Part shown: positions 18,770 through 28,245 of the stretch, piece by piece
How the letters are laid out: every line of letters starts with the position of its first letter
Numbering within the stretch: the stretch's first letter is position 1
Assembly: GCA_013336275.1 (NCBI GenBank)
Contig: JAAXUA010000003.1
Span: forward strand, 130,698 to 194,697
DNA from: Candidatus Falkowbacteria bacterium
GTDB lineage: Bacteria; Patescibacteriota; Patescibacteriia; Patescibacteriales; GWE2-39-37
Reading direction: 5' to 3'
DNA: 64,000 bases
Notes under the pieces: generated by a model
What the model was told of the DNA's origin: nothing
Database searches by the model: none
What the model saw: the letters and a program-made list of their open reading frames with translations, nothing else
Program-made: the position numbers and the translations under genes

Positions 18770-19144
18770 TTATTTTTTGGCTTTCCCCAGGTTTTCTTGG
18801 ACTCTAAACCGGGTCATTCTTGCAATCAAATCCAGCGGAAGCGGCTCATCAAGCGGAAATTGGATGGCACCTTTCGATCGTTTGTATCCTTTAAGCTCTT
18901 TATCAAAGGCCTTGATTGCTGAGGGCGTCGGATAAAATCCGATATGGCCAGAATACGCTGCGAAGTGAACCAAGTTTCCCTGCAAGACAAAAGTCGGTAT
19001 CCCGTATTTGATCGTTTCTTCGGCGGCGGGCGCCTCTTTTTTGATGGCAGCTCGAACTTTTGCCAAGAGCTTCTGAATATTTTGAGGAAAGCTCTTGATG
19101 TACTTGTCTGTGTCGTAATCAGGGGTGTTAATCATATTTTGCAT
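18770..19144 (-). CDS. DUF1801/YdhG-like domain protein
   Basis: 124 aa; IKYGIPTFVLQGNLVHFAAYSGHIGFYP pattern. Confidence 0.7.
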   Translation of the reverse strand: MQNMINTPDYDTDKYIKSFPQNIQKLLAKVRAAIKKEAPAAEETIKYGIPTFVLQGNLVHFAAYSGHIGFYPTPSAIKAFDKELKGYKRSKGAIQFPLDEPLPLDLIARMTRFRVQENLGKAKK

Positions 19145-19231
19145 AATATCGATGGATGTATCTTTTTTAAATCATCACGTCTTGTTATACTAACATCGCA
19201 GACTGAGATTAAAAAGTCATTAAAAATAGGT

Positions 19232-20110
19232 ATGGCAGTGCTTTTCGCTTTCGGTGCGATGATTCTTTGGAGTGTCGGTGATTTTTTAGTGCAAAGGATG
19301 GCTAAAAACATCGGAAATTTCGAAGCCTTGGCCTGGATAAATCTGATAGGCGGGCTTGGTTTGTTGCCTTTCGTCATCGGCGATCTGGGGTTACTGGCAA
19401 CGCCAAGGTATTTGCTGCCGCTGCTAGCGTTGGGCGTCATTGATTTTGTTTTTGGTTTGACTATTTTGAAGGCCTACGAGAGAGGCAAGCTTTCGGTGAT
19501 TGAAGTTGTGATGATTGTCGAGCTGCCGTTTACGATATTGCTGGGCATGTTATTTTTCAAGGAGAGCTTAACTTTGCTGCAGATCATTTTGGTTTTAATG
19601 ATACTTGTGGGAGTTTCATTGATTTCCCGAGGAGAGGAAAGTATTTTGAAAAAATTTTACATCCTGATTACCGGAGCGGCTAGACCATATGAAAAAGGTG
19701 TCATCTTGGCTCTGGTTGCAGCACTTCTCAGCGCTTTTTATAATTTCATGATCGCGGTCAACGCCCGCGATGTTGCGCCGGTCATGGCTATCTGGTTTCC
19801 TTGGGTGGTAAGTTTGACTTTTTTGCTCGTGTATATGCTTTATAAAAGAGGGACGGACAAGTTTTTTGCCCACGGCCGAAAACATATGAAGCTGATTTTA
19901 TACGGGAGCTTGATTGAGACGGCTGCTTGGCTTTTTTTCGCGTTCGCACTGTCCAAAAAAGAACTCTCGATAACCACCGCAATCACTGAAAGTTACCCGG
20001 CGTTGGCTATGTTTTTAGGTGTCAAATTCAATAAGGAAAAAATTACAGGTCTTCAATACGCCGGAGCCGCCACGGCATTGTTGGCAAGCGTTGCGATGGC
20101 GTTTTCGTAG
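19232..20110 (+). CDS. EamA/DMT family transporter
   Basis: 10-TM protein starting MAVLFAFGAMILWSVGDFL. The track ORF start (18944) is antisense to the DUF1801 gene and was rejected. Confidence 0.8.
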   Translation: MAVLFAFGAMILWSVGDFLVQRMAKNIGNFEALAWINLIGGLGLLPFVIGDLGLLATPRYLLPLLALGVIDFVFGLTILKAYERGKLSVIEVVMIVELPFTILLGMLFFKESLTLLQIILVLMILVGVSLISRGEESILKKFYILITGAARPYEKGVILALVAALLSAFYNFMIAVNARDVAPVMAIWFPWVVSLTFLLVYMLYKRGTDKFFAHGRKHMKLILYGSLIETAAWLFFAFALSKKELSITTAITESYPALAMFLGVKFNKEKITGLQYAGAATALLASVAMAFS

Positions 20111-20248
20111 AAGAAAAGGCGTTAAGTTTTTTCTGGCAGCCATTGACTTAGTTTAGATAAAATTGTATATTAGCAGATAAATTTATAGAGCGTTCATTAA
20201 ATCTAACCAGCCATAGCAGGAAAAATAACGAGCCAAAGGAGGCCGCCA

Positions 20249-20776
20249 ATGTTCGATTGCGATTTGTTAGCCATGCACCACGCTACATGCGGATTGGCAA
20301 CACCGACGTATAGTCACGGTTCAATCCATCCAGTTTGTTCCCCCTTTTCGCCTACGCGCGAAATATTCGTTCGGGAGCCAGAGCCTTATTTGAGGCCGTT
20401 AATCACCGAAAGCCTGGTTATGAGCGAGGCATTGAGACCTCCCTTGATCGAGGCCGGTTGGCGACCTGAGCCGCGCTTCATTTCGGAGCCAGAGCCGTTA
20501 CCTAAGTTCGAAATACCGACTTTCAAGCCTTTTGTATTGGATATCCCGACGTTCGAACCGGAACCGCTTCCCAGTTTCAGCCTCCCGGCATTCAGGCCAT
20601 CGGTCCTGGACATTCCGGTGTTCGAACCGGACCCGCCGCCGATCTTTACGATGCCGAAGATCGATCGGTATCCGTTTCTTACATCCAGGGTGACCATCGA
20701 TTCGGATGATGACAACGATCCTTATGGCTTGTTCGGCTCGAAGAAACGAAAGAGCATCTTCGATTCCGACGATTAA
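20249..20776 (+). CDS. hypothetical proline-rich tandem-repeat protein
   Basis: AAAGGAGG SD. About 23-aa repeats EPEPLPKFEIPTFKPFVLDIPTF / EPEPLPSFSLPAFRPSVLDIPVF / EPDPPPIFTMPKIDRYPF. Acidic C-terminal tail. No signal peptide seen. Confidence 0.6.
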   Translation: MFDCDLLAMHHATCGLATPTYSHGSIHPVCSPFSPTREIFVREPEPYLRPLITESLVMSEALRPPLIEAGWRPEPRFISEPEPLPKFEIPTFKPFVLDIPTFEPEPLPSFSLPAFRPSVLDIPVFEPDPPPIFTMPKIDRYPFLTSRVTIDSDDDNDPYGLFGSKKRKSIFDSDD

Positions 20777-20971
20777 CCTGTTCGCGGAGACAGACAACTT
20801 CTGTCTCCGCGTCAAATCTTTAAGCTTATAATAATGAACTCAGAGATTTGATAAAAAAGTAAAACATTTTTTGTGAAGCTCTGGTCTACACCCCCCGAAC
20901 GGGTGTTTTTGTTTTGAGTAATATATAAAAAAGCGCCCCGACAAGATCGGGGCGCGTGATGGTTGGGCCAG

Positions 20972-23035
20972 TCAGCGGAGCTGGCGCCATTTGCTGTTGC
21001 CGCTGGGCTTTCTTTTTTCCACTTTCTTCTCTTGGATGTTGAGGAAAAAGCTGATTAGGCCCTTAAAAGCGGCTACCGTACCGGTTTTGCTCATGTTGTA
21101 GCGGCGAAGCAGCTCTTCGCCAGTCATGGAGCAGTTGCCCGCGCGAAGTTTGTCTTTGACGAACAGAGCATGGTGCTTTATGGGAAAAAGGGCGAGTTCA
21201 TTGTCGGTCGCGCCTTTTTGGGATTGCCATTCTTTCAGACATGCAATCATGCGCTGACGCCAAGAGTGATGGTGGATGTCGAAGTCCTCCTCGTTCCTTT
21301 CAGGCATCTCGAAGCCTTTCTGGACCAGATAGGCTTCGCCGACTTCGCTCAGGAAGTGCACTCGGGAGTTTCCGATTTCGGCTGCATATAAGCAGCCTTT
21401 TTCGGTCAGGTCTTCGAGCAGCTGTCTGATATAGATCGGCCAGACATCCGCGTAGGCGCCGAAGTAGTCACCGTATTTTTTCTTGTCGGCGACCTCTTCG
21501 TTGCCCTCCAGGACGGCTAAGAGCTCATTGGTGGAGACAGGGTACTTCATGATGAATCCGAGGATTATCTCTAGCTTCAGGTCGCTCATGCCTTTGCTCA
21601 GCGTGATTTCATTGAAGACGTTGGTCTTGAAGTATCGCCTGATCACGTCTGCATGATTGTCAGCATTGGCGCAATCGATCATCAGCTGGAGCCGCTTGAG
21701 CTTGATTATCTTCCTGGCTTCCAGCTCTTCCTGGTCGATTGAGATCTTTTCGCCGAAAGGGAAAAGGACCTGTTCGTCTTGCCGGACAATGTGGCCGAAG
21801 TCGACCAGAATGCCGACCGCCGCGCTGGCAACTGTTTTCAGCGAAGGCTTTTCCGCAATCAGTTTTTCCAGGAAGTGGTTCAGCTGGGCATAAGACGCGG
21901 GCGACCGTTGGTACTCGGTGATCTTCGCGTTGAGCCGGTAAAGAAAGTCGTAGACTTTTTGGATCTTTTCCAGGCTGGGACTTTCTTGGAAAACGAAGAA
22001 CTGCTGAGTGGTGTAGTCCTTGACCCAATTGAACAGGATGGCTTTGGCTGGACGGCTGTCCCTGCCTGCCCGTCCGGATTCTTGGATGTAGGCCTCGAGC
22101 GATCCGGGGATGGAATAGTGGATGATTGTGTAAACGTCGGGTTTATCGATGCCCATGCCGAAGGCGCTGGTGCAGACCATGACTCGGTTTTCGCCTTCAA
22201 GGAAGAGCCGGCTTTGTTCGCTCCTTTCCCGAGGGTCCATCTTGCCGTGGTAGATCGAGGTCGCATACCGCTGTGACAAGGCTTTGTACAGGACGTAGGC
22301 TTGCCGGGTTGTCGAGGTATAGATCATGATCGATCCGGTCTCGGCAGAACGGATAGCGTCATCCAGCCGGAGAATCTTGTCTTCTATGCTCGAGACATGG
22401 ACCACTTCGAAGCTGATGTTGTCCCGGAACGGCTCTCCCATGATGACTTCGAGTTCGGTGATCTTGAGGATTCGTTTGACGTCTTCGATGACGTGCGGCG
22501 GAGCCGTGGCTGTGAAGAGCGCCAGCTGGGGTTGGCCGAGCTGCTTGCGGATCTCGTCGATGAACAGATAGCTCGGACGGAAGTTGTGTCCCCAGAGTGA
22601 GACGCAGTGGACTTCATCTATTACCAGTAGTCCGACCTCGCGAGCTTTGACGTAGCTGAGGATGGTGCTGGCCGACAACCCTTCGGGCGAGATGTAAAGG
22701 ATATCGATTTCGCCTTTCTCTACCATTTTCAGAATCGCTTTGCGTTGGTCAGCGCCCAGGTTGGAATGGAGCTGTACCCCTCGAAGCCCGTTGATCTTTC
22801 TTACTTGGTCGTCCATCAGGGCGATCAGCGGGGAGATGACAACGGTCATCTTGGGCAGCCTCAGCATGGCCGGAATCTGGAAAATCAGGGACTTGCCTGA
22901 TCCCGGCGGCAGGATGACCAACGTGTCTTTGCCGCTTTGAATGGAAAACATGGCCTCTGACTGCATCGGTAGAAGATTCGAAAGGCCCATTTCTTTCAAA
23001 CAGCGGTTTACCTGACTATCAAATCGGTTGTCCAT
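20972..23035 (-). CDS. RecQ-family DNA helicase with divergent C-terminal region
   Basis: PPGSGKSL (motif I), DEVHCVSLWGHNFRPSY (DExH + RecQ motif), TTRQ..., GMGIDKPDV, QESGRAGRD. The usual RecQ Zn-binding Cys cluster is not visible. Start set at ATG 23035, which follows AAAGGAGG. Confidence 0.85.
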   Translation of the reverse strand: MDNRFDSQVNRCLKEMGLSNLLPMQSEAMFSIQSGKDTLVILPPGSGKSLIFQIPAMLRLPKMTVVISPLIALMDDQVRKINGLRGVQLHSNLGADQRKAILKMVEKGEIDILYISPEGLSASTILSYVKAREVGLLVIDEVHCVSLWGHNFRPSYLFIDEIRKQLGQPQLALFTATAPPHVIEDVKRILKITELEVIMGEPFRDNISFEVVHVSSIEDKILRLDDAIRSAETGSIMIYTSTTRQAYVLYKALSQRYATSIYHGKMDPRERSEQSRLFLEGENRVMVCTSAFGMGIDKPDVYTIIHYSIPGSLEAYIQESGRAGRDSRPAKAILFNWVKDYTTQQFFVFQESPSLEKIQKVYDFLYRLNAKITEYQRSPASYAQLNHFLEKLIAEKPSLKTVASAAVGILVDFGHIVRQDEQVLFPFGEKISIDQEELEARKIIKLKRLQLMIDCANADNHADVIRRYFKTNVFNEITLSKGMSDLKLEIILGFIMKYPVSTNELLAVLEGNEEVADKKKYGDYFGAYADVWPIYIRQLLEDLTEKGCLYAAEIGNSRVHFLSEVGEAYLVQKGFEMPERNEEDFDIHHHSWRQRMIACLKEWQSQKGATDNELALFPIKHHALFVKDKLRAGNCSMTGEELLRRYNMSKTGTVAAFKGLISFFLNIQEKKVEKRKPSGNSKWRQLR

Positions 23036-23187
23036 GGCTTTTAGCCTCCTTTTAGCTTGAATTGTATTTTGGGGTACGGGTTGGTTGTATAAGGAACGGC
23101 TTTCGCAATCAAGTAAATTACAATATTTTGCTATTTTTGTCAATAGCATGGAAGTTGCTTATATTACGGGTGGACGACCTTAAAATC

Positions 23188-23196
23188 TGCTATAAT
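23188..23196 (+). promoter_or_regulatory. extended -10 element TGCTATAAT
   Basis: It ends 6 nt before the ATG at 23203, implying a leaderless or near-leaderless mRNA. Confidence 0.4.
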
Positions 23197-23202
23197 TTTA
23201 AT

Positions 23203-23685
23203 ATGCCTATACAGCCATATCAGCAGGCGGTTATTGACCTGATGATTCGCCACGAAAATGCTATGCGGGACCTGTACCTGCTTTATTCGGCCCAACACAA
23301 GGGGAGATATTGGGATTTTTGGCATCAGCTGGTCAAGGAGGAGACCTCTCACGCTAACACGGTCAAGTTGATCGAGGTTAGTCTTGAGCAAGGCAAAGCC
23401 GATTTTAGGGAGGATCGTTTCAAGACCGACCTGATTGAAAAATCATTGAGCTACATCAGTGGGAAAATCGCCGAAGCGCAAACCGGCGAGGTGGCAATAT
23501 TGCGAGCACTAGCCACTGCACTGGAAATAGAAAACTCTTTTATTGAGCATGAATATTTTTCCGTCATTGATGAGGATTCGGAAGACCTTAGGTTCATACT
23601 CAAGCTTTTGCAAAAAGGCACCAACGATCATCAGGAGCGAGTGAAGTCAGCCTGGGAGGCTGAAAATAAAAGCATCACCACCTAG
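23203..23685 (+). CDS. ferritin-like / rubrerythrin-like di-iron four-helix-bundle protein
   Basis: Two E-x-x-H pairs (VKEETSHA and EIENSFIEHE) in a predicted all-helical 160-aa protein. The track ORF begins upstream at 23062. Confidence 0.6.
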   Translation: MPIQPYQQAVIDLMIRHENAMRDLYLLYSAQHKGRYWDFWHQLVKEETSHANTVKLIEVSLEQGKADFREDRFKTDLIEKSLSYISGKIAEAQTGEVAILRALATALEIENSFIEHEYFSVIDEDSEDLRFILKLLQKGTNDHQERVKSAWEAENKSITT

Positions 23686-23714
23686 CTTAAATAAATTAAT
23701 ATTAAATAAATCAT

Positions 23715-25076
23715 ATGTTTGAAAAATCCAAAAATTTTATCATTTTTAAGATTCTTGCAATCGGATTCTTGACGTTGCTGCTGCTTATCCCAACTGCCAT
23801 GATAAGCAGTCTGGTGGATGAGCGGGAACAAAGGAGGAATGAGGCAATAAACGAGATTGATGCCAAGTGGGGCAATAAGCAGACGATCGTCGGACCGATT
23901 TTGACCCTGCCATATAAAAAGATCATTCAACAGGACAATAAGGCTATCGAGCAAATCGAATATGCCCACTTCTTGCCGGACACCTTATCCATCAAGGGCG
24001 CTATCGCTCCCGAAATGAGACAAAGAGGAATTTATCAGGTGGCTGTCTATGGTTCTGATTTGAAATTTCAAGGGGCTTTCAGTCAGCCGAATTTAAAAGA
24101 TCTTAATATCGCGTCAGATAAAGTTCTGTGGGAAGACGCGTTTGTCTCGATAGGGATTTCTGACATGAGGGGCATCAAGGACGAGATAAAAATTACCTGG
24201 AACGGGAAAGAGGCGAATGCCAAGCCCGGGCTGGGCAGTGAGATGGTTCTGGGAGAATTTGATTCACGTGCTTTCGAAGGCGAGGTGATTGAAAAAAGTC
24301 GGACAACTAACGGGCTGAACTCGGGAGTTAACGCTAAAGTAGCGCTAGGCCCTGCCAACACTGGGGCGAACACATATTCCTTTGATCTTAATTTGAACGG
24401 TAGCGAAGGTCTTTATTTTGTGCCCCTGGGAGGCGAGACAGCTGCAGAGCTTGCATCCGTCTGGAAGGATCCTAATTTTGGAGGAGCATTTTTACCCGAC
24501 GAAAGGGAAGTTGGTAAAGATGGATTCCGTGCCAAGTGGAAAGTGTTGCAGCTTAATAGGAATTTTCCGCAAAGCTGGTTAGGCGACAGCAACCAAGAAA
24601 TGTCATCTTCAGCCTTTGGCGTTAATCTTTTAATCCCTGTCGACGAATACCAGAAGAACGCGCGCTCGATTAAATACGCCATTCTATTTATAGCGCTGAC
24701 CTTCTTGATATTTTTCTTTTCCGAAGTGATGAACAAGAATCGCATCCATCCGATGCAATATCTTTTAGTCGGGCTGGCACTAGTCTTGTTCTTCTCGTTG
24801 CTATTATCCCTTAGCGAGCATTTGAATTTCAATTTAGCTTATCTTCTGTCCAGTTCGGCGACGATATTGATGGTAACGCTTTATTCCAGGCACATCTTCA
24901 AAAGCTCTCGCATGTCATTGCTACAGGCTGGAATTATGATTATAGTTTACGGGTTCATCTTCGCAATCCTTCAACTCCAGGATTATTCTCTGCTGGTCGG
25001 CAGTATCGGACTGTTCGCAATCTTGGCAATCGTAATGTTCATATCCAGAAAGATTAACTGGTATGAAATTGGCTGA
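23715..25076 (+). CDS. creD: cell envelope integrity protein CreD family
   Basis: 453 aa. N-terminal TM + LVDEREQRRNEAINEIDAKWGNKQTIVGPILTLPY, a large external domain, and a C-terminal cluster of 5 TM. Confidence 0.75.
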   Translation: MFEKSKNFIIFKILAIGFLTLLLLIPTAMISSLVDEREQRRNEAINEIDAKWGNKQTIVGPILTLPYKKIIQQDNKAIEQIEYAHFLPDTLSIKGAIAPEMRQRGIYQVAVYGSDLKFQGAFSQPNLKDLNIASDKVLWEDAFVSIGISDMRGIKDEIKITWNGKEANAKPGLGSEMVLGEFDSRAFEGEVIEKSRTTNGLNSGVNAKVALGPANTGANTYSFDLNLNGSEGLYFVPLGGETAAELASVWKDPNFGGAFLPDEREVGKDGFRAKWKVLQLNRNFPQSWLGDSNQEMSSSAFGVNLLIPVDEYQKNARSIKYAILFIALTFLIFFFSEVMNKNRIHPMQYLLVGLALVLFFSLLLSLSEHLNFNLAYLLSSSATILMVTLYSRHIFKSSRMSLLQAGIMIIVYGFIFAILQLQDYSLLVGSIGLFAILAIVMFISRKINWYEIG

Positions 25077-25365
25077 TAAAAAGAAGCGAGCCCCCCTTGG
25101 GGCAACCTATGCCGTAAATCGATTCTGAACTCCTTGGTAAAAACACCCATAACATTTATTAAAAAAGTTATGGGTGTTTTTTATTATTTGCCGGGCAGAA
25201 GCTCAAAAAGCCTTATCAATTGAGCATTTGCCTGGCCTAAGCGTTGTCCATGGCTAGCGATGTATTAAGCGAATTGATAAGTTAATCAATACTTAATTAA
25301 GGTTTGATTAAATCACCATATAGACCAAGATTTAACGGTCGCTTATAAGATGTAGCTCCATAATC

Positions 25366-27153
25366 ATGAAATCAGATCAGTATATCGTATTAATTTTGAT
25401 TATCTCCAGCCTCTGTTTGGCTGCGATATTTGCATTCTCTGGCCAAGACGAACAACAGTCTGACGAGCAGAGGATAAAAAATTTGCTTTTGAGAATGACG
25501 CCTCTAGAAAAAATCGGACAAATGGTGTTGGTTGATAAAAATGCCGTTAAGCCTGAAGATATTACGCGAAAACTTATTGGCGGGGTGCTGTCGGGAGGTG
25601 GCGGAAATCCAGAGATAAATACGCCCCAGGGTTGGCGTCAAATGGTTTTGGAATATCAGAATGCAGCATATAAATCACGTCTAGCGATCCCGATATTGTA
25701 TGGTGTCGATGCTGTTCATGGCAATGGCAATGTTTATGGTGCGGTTATTTTTCCCCACAACATCGGATTGGGGGCAACGCGGAATGCGAAGCTGGTGGAA
25801 GAGATTGGCAGGATTACGGCAGAAGAAATAAGTGCCACGGGGGCTAATTGGAATTTTGCACCTGTATTATCGATGCCGATGGATTATCGCTGGGGCAGGG
25901 TTTATGAGTGTTATAGCACGGACCAGGCCTTAGTAACTGAATTGAGTAAGAGCTATATTAACGGCCTGCACAGTCAAAATGTCCTTGCTACCCCTAAACA
26001 TTTTATCGGCGAAGGGAGTGAAAACTGGGGCTCATCGAATGAATATGAGTTGGATCAGGGTAATATTATAATGAGCATCGATGAGTTGAAAAGTACTCAG
26101 CTCGACCCTTTCAAGGAAGCAGTCAGGGCGGGTTCTATGAGTATCATGATTTCGCGAAGCTCATTGAATGGAAAAAAAATTAGCGCTGATAAATATCTTC
26201 TGACCGACCTTTTGAAGAACGAAATCGGTTTCAAGGGTTTTCTGGTGTCCGATTGGGGAGCCATTGATCAGATACAGGGTGATTATTATCAAGATATCGT
26301 AACTTCGATCAACGCGGGAATGGATATGGTCATGTTGCCGTCTGATTATGATTCATTTATCGATAAGATTTCAGAGGCCATAAAAAATGGAGACATAAAG
26401 CAAGAGAGAATCGATGATGCTGTGACGCGAATATTGCGCGCAAAGTTTTCGATTGGGTTATTTGACGAGGCAACCGACTCATCGGGGTTGTTGGAAAAAA
26501 TCGGTTCAAGCAGCCATCGTGAAGTTGCTAGGCAAGCCGTGCGGGAATCGCTTGTGCTTTTGAAAAATGAGCGAAATGCCCTGCCCATAATAAACCCAAG
26601 AAGGATCTTGATAGTCGGGCGAGCTGCTGACGATATAGGCATGCAGGCTGGCGGTTGGACAATCGAGTGGCAAGGAGGCCACGGGGACACGACGCCTGGC
26701 ACCTCCATCCTCAGCGCTTTTAAAAACGAGTTTAAGGATTCAGAAATTATTTACGACGCGATGGCTACGGGAACCAAATCAATAAAAGCCGATGTGGGAG
26801 TCGTAGTGGTGGGTGAGCGGCCCTATGCTGAAGGTGTGGGTGATCGCCAGAGGTTATTATTGTCGCCAGAGGATTTGAAGCGAATTCAAGTAGCTAAAAA
26901 GAATAGCGATAAAGTAGTGTTGGTTATTTTGTCTGGCCGACCGTTAATTGTTCAGAACGCTTTAAGGGACGTTGATGCGGTCGTCGTGGCTTGGTTGCCT
27001 GGAACCGAGGGCGCTGGAATTACAGACGTCTTGTCTGGCAAATATAATTTTTCCGGAAAGCTACCATTGGCCTGGCCGAAAACAATGGAGCAAATTGAAA
27101 AAAAGGATGTGAGAGATCCATTATTCAAATTCGGTTTTTGGCTAACCTACTGA
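25366..27153 (+). CDS. glycoside hydrolase family 3 (beta-glucosidase-like), N-terminal anchor
   Basis: GVDAVHGNGNV, KHFIGEG, GFLVSDWGA (nucleophile Asp), and a C-terminal alpha/beta sandwich domain. Confidence 0.85.
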   Translation: MKSDQYIVLILIISSLCLAAIFAFSGQDEQQSDEQRIKNLLLRMTPLEKIGQMVLVDKNAVKPEDITRKLIGGVLSGGGGNPEINTPQGWRQMVLEYQNAAYKSRLAIPILYGVDAVHGNGNVYGAVIFPHNIGLGATRNAKLVEEIGRITAEEISATGANWNFAPVLSMPMDYRWGRVYECYSTDQALVTELSKSYINGLHSQNVLATPKHFIGEGSENWGSSNEYELDQGNIIMSIDELKSTQLDPFKEAVRAGSMSIMISRSSLNGKKISADKYLLTDLLKNEIGFKGFLVSDWGAIDQIQGDYYQDIVTSINAGMDMVMLPSDYDSFIDKISEAIKNGDIKQERIDDAVTRILRAKFSIGLFDEATDSSGLLEKIGSSSHREVARQAVRESLVLLKNERNALPIINPRRILIVGRAADDIGMQAGGWTIEWQGGHGDTTPGTSILSAFKNEFKDSEIIYDAMATGTKSIKADVGVVVVGERPYAEGVGDRQRLLLSPEDLKRIQVAKKNSDKVVLVILSGRPLIVQNALRDVDAVVVAWLPGTEGAGITDVLSGKYNFSGKLPLAWPKTMEQIEKKDVRDPLFKFGFWLTY

Positions 27154-27335
27154 AATTAGTACAAACGAATTCATCAGGATTCATGAGTTAGGGTTTTATA
27201 TGTAGTGAACCATTACCGTTTTTTACATAAAAGAAAATCCTCGCAAAAAGCGAGGGTTTTCTTTTAGAGGCAAGCTATATAATATGTTCAGGACAATATA
27301 TAAAATGAAGTTAGATTCAGTTTAGTTTAGCCGTT

Positions 27336-28091
27336 CTATTTGCCCAATCTCCAAAGTGTATCAAAGAATTGCTTGTAGCTTTCTGCAATTTGCTGATTTT
27401 GAATCAAGAAGGCTGTAACTGGTTCACCAAAAAGATTAAAGCTGATTTTATCAGACCAGATATTCGTATTAACAAGGCCTGTAAACAATCCTGGCAGAAG
27501 GCGGTATTCGAAATTTAATCTCTCAGATTTAGATAGACTTAGCGCATCTCTTTGAGGTTCACTACCAATATATTTAATTTTAATATTTTTCTTGTTCCTG
27601 GTTTTTTCATAGCCGAAAAGTTTATCACTTAGTATTCTGCTAAAATTATCACCCTCTCCGCCGATTATTAGGAGTTCAGAATTAGCTTTGGCTGTGTTCA
27701 GAAGATTGAGTTCGTGTGAGACATATGACTCTTCTCCCTGAAAAACTTCAAATTGTTGAGCGGGCGGTAAGATAATGGCCTTCTGAAGCTGGAGAACGAC
27801 ATTGTCTGCTAGTTTTTTTTGTTGATCAACAAGTTTTGAAATTTGAGATGGATTTTTTGCAGAGAATTTTTTTCGACCCCGCTTTATTATATGTTGAACT
27901 AGCCCCCTTTTTTCAAGCGCTTCAATTGATTGATATACATACTGTCCATGTAGGTTGGTCTGGCTTATTATCTTAGAGCTGCCCACCTCCCCTAGAAAGA
28001 GAAGTGATATATAAACAGATGATTCGTTTTTGGTTAGACCTAGCCTAGAAAGATCGTTTATCAATCCTTGTTTTACATTTTCATCAAACAT
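27336..28091 (-). CDS. TrmB-family transcriptional regulator
   Basis: LSRLGLTKNESSVYISLLFLGEVGSSKIISQTNLHGQYVYQSIEALEKRGLV. Divergent from the PEP-utilising enzyme gene. Confidence 0.7.
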   Translation of the reverse strand: MFDENVKQGLINDLSRLGLTKNESSVYISLLFLGEVGSSKIISQTNLHGQYVYQSIEALEKRGLVQHIIKRGRKKFSAKNPSQISKLVDQQKKLADNVVLQLQKAIILPPAQQFEVFQGEESYVSHELNLLNTAKANSELLIIGGEGDNFSRILSDKLFGYEKTRNKKNIKIKYIGSEPQRDALSLSKSERLNFEYRLLPGLFTGLVNTNIWSDKISFNLFGEPVTAFLIQNQQIAESYKQFFDTLWRLGK

Positions 28092-28245
28092 ATTTGATAT
28101 TAGTATGATAATTACCCAGTATAATTGATAATTATATCATATTTTTTATCATCAAAATATATTGACATAATAATTATTTTGTGCAATAATATAATATTGC
28201 TGAATGTGGTTTTCGGTTTAACTGCAATAATATATAATCATATAT

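Noticed and set aside
18944-19231. N-terminal extension of the EamA transporter ORF
   Set aside because: It is antisense to the DUF1801 gene and non-membrane in character. The transporter begins at ATG 19232 (MAVLFAFGAMILW...).
20144-20185. Shared 11-nt string ATATTAGCAGA and TTTAGATAA between the promoter regions at 1960-1995 and 20144-20185, as a possible common operator
   Set aside because: The similarity is confined to the -35/-10-like and start-site parts of two AT-rich promoters. The 20-bp palindrome of the first site is not reproduced at the second. This is too little to call a shared regulatory motif.
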